A DNA stretch of 64,000 nt from an uncultured Chitinophagaceae bacterium (GTDB lineage: Bacteria > Bacteroidota > Bacteroidia > Chitinophagales > Chitinophagaceae), in contig CAWFUV010000031.1 in the NCBI GenBank assembly GCA_963819045.1, positions 19,941 through 83,940 of the forward strand, read 5' to 3'. Positions within the stretch are counted from its first letter, which is position 1; the number at the start of each line of letters is the position of its first letter. A model generated the notes under the pieces. That model worked only from the letters and a program-made list of their open reading frames with translations. It made no database searches and was not told where the DNA came from. Shown one piece after another: positions 57,640 through 64,000 of this stretch. The position numbers and the translations under genes are program-made.

Positions 57640-58421
57640 TTGAGTCTTACCATACACACGAAGGAGCTTGTAAAAACATATAAAAGCCGCACGGTTGTTA
57701 ATCATGTATCTGTAAATGTAGAGCAGGGTGAAATTGTAGGTTTATTAGGTCCAAATGGCGCCGGTAAAACCACTACTTTTTACATGGTGGTGGGTTTGAT
57801 AAAACCAGATGAAGGCAGGGTATTTTTAAATGATACCGATATTACCAAATTGCCCATGTACAAACGTGCGCAATGGGTATTGGTTATCTGCCACAGGAAG
57901 CATCGGTATTCCGTAAGCTGACCGTAGAAGATAACATCCTGGCAGTGCTGGAAATGACCAAACTCACAAAAGCGGAACGCAGCCACAAACTGGATGAACT
58001 GCTGGACGAATTTAACCTGCACCATGTGCGTAAAAATAACGGGGACAGTCTTAGTGGTGGTGAGCGCCGCCGTACCGAGATTGCCCGTGCTTTGGCAGTT
58101 GACCCTAAATTTATTTTACTGGATGAACCATTTGCCGGTGTGGACCCTATTGCGGTGGAAGATATTCAAAGTGTAGTAGCACGATTGAAATATAAAAACA
58201 TAGGTATCCTTATTACCGACCATAATGTAAACGAAACACTGTCTATTTGCGACCGCGCTTACCTTTTGATAGAAGGCAGCATCTTTAAGCATGGTACTGC
58301 CGAAGAACTGGCAGGCAACGAGCAGGTGCGCAGGTTATATCTTGGCACCAACTTCGAGCTGAAGCGTAAAGACTGGATCATAGAAATGGGTAAGAGAGGC
58401 AGTGTGGATGTACTGCCGTAA
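57640..58421 (+). CDS. lptB: LPS export ABC ATPase; frameshift near 57872
   Basis: [26 protein letters not shown] and [11 protein letters not shown] motifs. Confidence 0.93.
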
Positions 58422-58494
58422 GCACTGATAAAGCGGTAATTTAAAAATTGCAAAACAAACTAATAATAACCTATTTGTTCTACCCTTTTTGAAT

Positions 58495-59322
58495 ATGATA
58501 CAAGTTGGCCAATACAATACACTCAAGGTAGCCCGCAAGACAGACTTTGGTTTTTACCTTGATGATGGAAGTGAAGGCATTTTATTGCCTAAACGCTTTG
58601 CCCCTGCACGTATAAAATCGGGAGATGAAATAAAAGTATTTATATATCACGATTCTGATAACCGCCTCATTGCTACTACTCAACAGCCAAAAGGGGTTGT
58701 GGGTGATATTGTAAAACTGAAAGTAGTGGATGTAACGCATCAAGGTGCTTTTATGGATTGGGGATTGATGAAAGATATTTTTGTACCCAAATCGCAGCAG
58801 ACATCTGTGATGCGTAAAGGGGGCGAATACCTCGTGAAAATTTATATTGATGCACAAACAGGGCGCGTAGCCGCGACAGAAAGAATAGAACAACAACTGA
58901 GTAATGAACAGTTAACTGTAAAGGAAAGGGACACCGTGGAATTGCTTGTATTCCGCAAAACAGAGATTGGCTATAGTGTTATCATCAACGGATTGCATAC
59001 AGGCATGCTGTACTACGGAGATGTATTTACAGAGGTAGCGATTGGTGATCGCCTGCAGGGCTATATTAAAAAGATTAGACCTGATAATAAAATAGACGTA
59101 ATGCCTGGCAAACCTGGCTACCAGAAGGTAGAAGAGGAGACCGAAAAAATAATGCGCCTGCTACAAGAAAATGGTGGTTTTTTGCCGTATCACGATAAGT
59201 CGGACCCAGACGATATTTACAAGGCATTTGGCATGAGCAAGAAGACTTTCAAAATGACTACAGGCACCTTATATAAACAAAAGAAAATTACTTTTACAGA
59301 TGGAGGTATAAAGAGCTTGTGA
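58495..59322 (+). CDS. cvfB: CvfB family S1 RNA-binding protein
   Basis: GFYLD, GAFMDWGL and MSKKTFK...LYK motifs. Confidence 0.8.
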   Translation: MIQVGQYNTLKVARKTDFGFYLDDGSEGILLPKRFAPARIKSGDEIKVFIYHDSDNRLIATTQQPKGVVGDIVKLKVVDVTHQGAFMDWGLMKDIFVPKSQQTSVMRKGGEYLVKIYIDAQTGRVAATERIEQQLSNEQLTVKERDTVELLVFRKTEIGYSVIINGLHTGMLYYGDVFTEVAIGDRLQGYIKKIRPDNKIDVMPGKPGYQKVEEETEKIMRLLQENGGFLPYHDKSDPDDIYKAFGMSKKTFKMTTGTLYKQKKITFTDGGIKSL

Positions 59323-59440
59323 ACCGCTAAGACGCAAATGCAAGCAAAATGTTTTAACCGCAAAGACGCTATGAGATAAACAGCTTCGGAGCTTCATTTT
59401 GTACATGTATACTTTGCGTCTTAGCGCCTTAGCGGTTAAA
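59322..59440. repeat. 8-bp-periodic REP-like repeats in an inverted arrangement
   Basis: aaccgctaagacgcaaa and aaccgcaaagacgct on +; aaccgctaaggcgctaagacgcaaag on -. Confidence 0.8.
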
Positions 59441-59443
59441 AAC

Positions 59444-62130
59444 TCACTCCAGCACCGGCCTCAGCCATCTTCTTCCTTCTTCATCACTCCAGCCTTTGCG
59501 CTGTTTATAATCTTCGTACTGATCTTCTTTTATTCTGCCAATACCAAAATACCTGCTTTGGGGATGACTGAAATACCAGCCACATACGGAGCTTGCCGGG
59601 TACATAGCCAATGATTCTGTCAATGTAATGCCTGCTTTTTCTGAGGCATGTAGCAGATGAAACAGCTTATATTTCTCTGTATGGTCTGGGCAGGCAGGAT
59701 AGCCGGGGGCTGGGCGGATGCCTACATATTTTTCTTTAATCAACTCTTCATTAGTCAGGCTTTCATCATTGGCATAGTCCCAATATTCAGTACGTACTTT
59801 TTTGTGTAGTAATTCGGTGAATGCTTCTGCAAGGCGGTCTGCAAGTACCTGCAGCATGATCTTATTATAATCATCATGCTGCTGCTGGAAACTTCTCGAT
59901 ATGCGGCTCTATACCATGAATGGAAACAGCAAAAGCACCGATGTAATCTTGTAAACTGGTTTCCTTTGGTGCAATAAAATCTGCAAGGGAAATATTCGGT
60001 TCGGTTGCTGTTTTCTTTACCTGCTGACGTAAGAACTGTAAGTGGAATATCCTCCGTTTCATTTTTCACTACAACCGTATCCGGTGCAGGTTTCTCTGCT
60101 TTGTAAAAGCCAATGACTGCTTTTGGTGTCAACCATTTTTCAGCAATGATTCTATCTAATAAAGCATTAGCATCATTATACAACTTCGTTGCTTCTTTAC
60201 CTATCACTTCATCTTTCAGCAAGTCCGGAAACCTGCCACCCATTTCCCATGCAATGAAAAAAGGAGCCCAGTCTATGTATGCTCTTATTTCGTTTAAGTC
60301 ATAATCTTCAAAAGACTTGGTTCCGGTGAATGCAGGTGTAGGTGGAAGATAATTTTCCCAGTCTATTTTCACAGCATTTGCCTGGGCTTCTTCATAGGAG
60401 ATATAAGGCTTTGCAGAACGTTTATTGCTAAAGTCTTCCCGAAGCTTTTTATATTCGCCCGAGATATTATTTAGGAATGGACCCTTTTGGTCTTTGTTCA
60501 ATAAGGAGCCTGCTACCGTTACACTCCGGATGCATCCAGCACATGCACAATACCATTATCATATTCAGGAGCAATCCTTACGGCTGTATGCATACGGCTG
60601 GTAGTAGCACCGCCAATCAAAAGTGGCTGCTGCATATTGCGGCGCTTCATTTCTCTTGCCACATGCACCATTTCATCCAACGAAGGAGTGATCAATCCGC
60701 TTAAGCCAATAATATCTACATTCTCTTTTATAGCCGTGTCCAATATCTTATCAGTGGGTACCATTACACCCAGATCAATAATATCATATCCATTACAAGC
60801 AAGCACTACGCCTACAATGTTTTTACCAATATCGTGCACATCACCTTTTACAGTTGCCAGCAATACTTTGGCTGCACCACCTTGCTGTGCAGCAGGATTG
60901 TTCTTCTTTTCTTCTTCTATAAAAGGGGTTAGCCATGCTACACTTTTCTTCATCACGCGGGCGCTCTTTACTACCTGCGGCAAAAACATTTTACCGGAGC
61001 CAAACAGGTCACCTACCACATTCATTCCATCCATCAGCGGACCTTCAATTACCTCTAAAGGCTTAGGATATTTCAGTCGTGCTTCTTCTGTATCGGCATC
61101 TATGTAATCAGTAATACCATTTACCAGCGCATGCTTCAGACGTTCTTCAACAGAAGTATTGCGCCAGGCATCATCTTTCTTTACTTCTTTGCCCTTTGCT
61201 TTTACAGTTTCGGCAAACTGGATAAGCTTTTCGGTAGCTTCGTTGTTAGTGTTGTTGCGGTTTAAGATAACATCTTCGCACAAGTGCTCTTAATTCCGGT
61301 TCTATTTCATCATACACCACCAATTGTCCGGCATTTACAATGCCCATGTCCATACCCGCTTTAATAGCATAGTACAAGAACACACTATGCATTGCTTCCC
61401 GCACAGTTTCATTACCTCTGAAAGAGAAAGAAATATTACTTACACCGCCACTCACCTTTGCCAGTGGCATTCTTTGTTTAATGATTCGGGTGGCTTCTAT
61501 AAAATCTACAGCGTAGTTATTATGTTCTTCAATGCCGGTTGCAATGGCAAAAATATTAGGGTCGAAAATGATGTCCTGCGGTGCAAAGCCTACCTCGTTT
61601 ACCAGTATATCATAAGCTTTGGTACAAATATTTACGCGGCGTTCAAAGGTATCTGCTTGTCCTTGCTCATCAAATGCCATCACCACCACAGCCGCTCCAA
61701 AACTCTGGCAGATATATGCCTGCTCTATAAACTTCTCCACACCTTCTTTCATGGAGATGGAGTTCACAATGCACTTTCCCTGCACACATTTCAGCCCCGC
61801 CTCAATAATCGAGAATTTGGAAGAGTCTATCATTATCGGGATCCTGGCAATATCGGGTTCGCTTTGCAATAGATTGATAAAGGTGGTCATTGCCTGCACG
61901 CCATCCAGCAGGGCATCATCCATGTTCACATCTAATACCTGGGCACCGCTTTCTACCTGCTGACGTGCTACGCTCAGCGCTTCTTCATATTTGTTCTCTC
62001 TGATCAGCCTGGCAAACTTCTTACTACCTGTTACATTGGTACGCTCACCAATATTGATGAAGTTTGTTTCGGGTCTTATGGTTAAGGGCTCTAACCCGCT
62101 TAGTCGTAGGTAAGGTTTGATAATACTCAT
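59444..62130 (-). CDS. metH: Methionine synthase pterin-binding, B12-binding and activation domains; frameshifts near 61285, 60520, 60040 and 59880
   Basis: [18 protein letters not shown] and [12 protein letters not shown] motifs. Confidence 0.93.
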
Positions 62131-62135
62131 ATCTG

Positions 62136-62174
62136 TTTTTTGAACCACAAAGGCACGGAGGCACAGAGTGGCAC
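62136..62174 (+). repeat. 8-bp-periodic repeat on the 3' side of the GxxExxY gene
   Basis: aaccacaaag gcacggag gcacagag. Confidence 0.85.
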
Positions 62175-62181
62175 AACGTAA

Positions 62182-62587
62182 TTATATAATTAATCTTTTA
62201 AATCCATCTTTCATTAAAGGCACATGAAAATTGATAACATAACCGATCCGCTTGCCGGAAAGCCTTAAATAACTTAGCAATTGAGCTTCCCAAACTGGAT
62301 GGTAATTTTCTTGTGCTTTTAATTCAATAATTAATAATTTATCTACTAAAATATCGAGGCGCAAGGCATCTTCTAAAAATAGCTCTTTGTAGAAAATAGG
62401 TACTTGTTGCTGTCGTAAGAATGGAATACCCCTCTGTTGTAATTCATAACAAAAGCATTTTTCATAAACGCTTTCCAGCAATCCCGGACCAAGAGATTTG
62501 TGCAATAGGAAAGCTATATCAACTACAATTTTACCTAATTGATTCTCTATCGCTTAAAGGAAAATACTCTGTGCCGCTCTGTGTCAT
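62182..62587 (-). CDS. GxxExxY family putative PD-(D/E)xK nuclease; ATG inside the flanking repeat, probable frameshift near 62545
   Basis: HKSLGPGLLESVYE, RLDILV...IELKA, AQLLSYL and INF motifs. Confidence 0.88.
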
Positions 62588-62602
62588 AGTGTCTCTGTGG
62601 TT
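62566..62602 (-). repeat. 8-bp-periodic repeat on the 5' side of the GxxExxY gene (inverted)
   Basis: Reverse complement aaccacagagacactatgacacagag is 20/26 identical to 62143-62168. Confidence 0.85.
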
Positions 62603-63698
62603 ATAAAAGCACTTCCTCCACCACCGGCAACTTTCGCGGCGTTATACGCTTTACACTCTCTGCAATATGCCTTATATGATCGGGGGTGGTGCCACAGCAG
62701 CCACCTACAATATTTACGAATCCTTCTTTAGCCCACTCCTCTATAAAGTGTGCTGTCTGGTGCGGCTGTTCGTCATATTCACCCATAGCATTAGGTAAGC
62801 CTGCATTGGGATATGCTGATGTATAACAAGCAGCAATACTGCTTAGCTCTTCAATATGACTACGCATTTCCTGTGCGCCTAATGCACAATTAAGTCCCAC
62901 ACTCAATGGCCTTGCATGCATTACCGATACATAAAATGCTTCCAGCGTTTGACCACTTAATGTTCTTCCGCTGGCATCCGTAATAGTACCGCTGATCATA
63001 ATGGGAAGTGGTGGTTGCTTAGTATCGCGGAAGTACTTTTTAATAGCGTAAATGGCTGCTTTAGCATTGAGTGTATCAAAAATGGTTTCTACCAATAGTA
63101 AATCAACACCACCATCTACCAATCCTTTTACCTGCTCATAATAAGCGTTTGCAACTTCATCAAACGTTACTGCGCGATAGCCCGGATTGTTTACATCCGG
63201 CGAAAGGGACAATGTTTTATTCATGGGGCCAATAGCGCCTGCAATGAACTTTGGAGTTGAGGGTTGCTTGTTGACAGTTGACAGATTATATTCCTCAATA
63301 GCTGCTCTTGCACATTTTGCAGCAGCTACGTTCAGTTCATATGCTAAAGATTGCATATCATAATCTGACTGCGCAATAGATGTGCTGGAGAACGTATTGG
63401 TTTCAATAATATCTGCACCGGCAGCCAGGTATTCCTTGTGAATAGCTTTGATGATCTCTGGCTGCGTAAGGCAGAGCAGGTCATTATTGCCTTTCACATC
63501 GGTATGCCAGTGCTTAAAGCGTTCACCACGATAATCCGCCTCCGTGAGCCTATACTGCTGGATCATAGTGCCCATCGCACCATCAATCACCAAAATGCGT
63601 TCCTGCAAAGCGGAGCGAATGGCGCCCCCGGATTCCCCGGCCCCTAAAGGGGAGCGTGAGCGATTTTTCTCTAAAGGAGAGTCTAATAGAATTTCCAT
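62601..63698 (-). CDS. metH: Homocysteine S-methyltransferase domain protein (N-terminal part of split MetH)
   Basis: [24 protein letters not shown] and [11 protein letters not shown] motifs. Confidence 0.93.
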   Translation of the reverse strand: MEILLDSPLEKNRSRSPLGAGESGGAIRSALQERILVIDGAMGTMIQQYRLTEADYRGERFKHWHTDVKGNNDLLCLTQPEIIKAIHKEYLAAGADIIETNTFSSTSIAQSDYDMQSLAYELNVAAAKCARAAIEEYNLSTVNKQPSTPKFIAGAIGPMNKTLSLSPDVNNPGYRAVTFDEVANAYYEQVKGLVDGGVDLLLVETIFDTLNAKAAIYAIKKYFRDTKQPPLPIMISGTITDASGRTLSGQTLEAFYVSVMHARPLSVGLNCALGAQEMRSHIEELSSIAACYTSAYPNAGLPNAMGEYDEQPHQTAHFIEEWAKEGFVNIVGGCCGTTPDHIRHIAESVKRITPRKLPVVEEVLL

Positions 63699-63738
63699 AC
63701 CTCTACATTATTAATGTGTACAAATGACTACACAGAAC

Positions 63739-63780
63739 CTCTGTGCACCGTAGTGCCTTCGTGTCTCTGTGGTTCAAAAA
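63739..63780 (-). repeat. 8-bp-periodic repeat in the metH leader
   Basis: Reverse complement tttttgaaccacagagacacgaaggcac is 25/28 identical to 62137-62164. Confidence 0.85.
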
Positions 63781-63827
63781 ACTGCTATAAACGTATGGGA
63801 AACCTGAAAGTGAAGGAGTTTCTTGGC

Positions 63828-63879
63828 GTTTATTAGTTCAGATTTTTGTACAGGTCGAACAATAAACAAATCTACCTGC
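63828..63879 (-). ncRNA. Putative SAM-II/SAM-V-type riboswitch
   Basis: GCAGGT-AGATTT-GTTTATTGTTC-G-ACCTGT-ACAAAAATCT-GAAC-TAATAAAC pseudoknot right after the promoter, upstream of metH. Confidence 0.6.
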
Positions 63880-63884
63880 GGGCG

Positions 63885-63892
63885 CAAAGATA
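63885..63892 (-). promoter_or_regulatory. -7 promoter element of the metH operon
   Basis: TATCTTTG on the minus strand. Confidence 0.65.
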
Positions 63893-63894
63893 GG

Positions 63895-64000
63895 TTATCT
63901 GTTGGAAATATAGCTACCTACCGGCAAACGGTTGGTTAAACTGCGTGCCAGCGTCAGTTCATCGGCATATTCCAGCTCGCCTCCAAAGGCAATACCACGG
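63895..64000 (-). CDS. recR: Recombination protein RecR, C-terminus (partial)
   Basis: [24 protein letters not shown]. Confidence 0.9.
   Translation of the reverse strand, partial: RGIAFGGELEYADELTLARSLTNRLPVGSYISNR

Noticed and set aside
59444-63698. metH split caused by the GxxExxY insertion
   Set aside because: A two-gene MetH is common in Bacteroidota. Both parts have their own start and stop at a domain boundary, so the insert is intergenic.

Overview
Chromosomal window from a Bacteroidota bacterium, most likely Chitinophagaceae-like: gldKLMN, TAnnTTTG promoters, split metH and DUF1573/ThuA genes all point that way. It carries mostly housekeeping genes (nhaP, amn, tgt, lptG, lptB, agmatinase, gldKLMN, hemD, hemW, msrB, dnaB, rsmE, metF, metH, recR, tRNA-Lys). 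Many genes contain single-base frameshifts that look like long-read or assembly errors. The unusual content is intergenic: (1) an integron-like array at 40.0-41.8 kb in which gene cassettes with self-complementary GTT...AAC ends alternate with three homologous ~125-bp imperfect palindromes, with no integrase in the window and decayed look-alikes at 4.7-7.5 kb and 15.5-16.9 kb; (2) a GxxExxY putative nuclease gene bracketed by inverted 8-bp-periodic repeats, with further REP-like copies of the repeat dispersed through the window; (3) a modular family of 11-bp-periodic mini-arrays in eight intergenic regions; (4) a probable SAM-II-type riboswitch before metH, a DnaA-box cluster before dnaB, and an IS21 relic near tRNA-Lys. 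All calls come from reading the sequence and recalled family knowledge; no searches were run.
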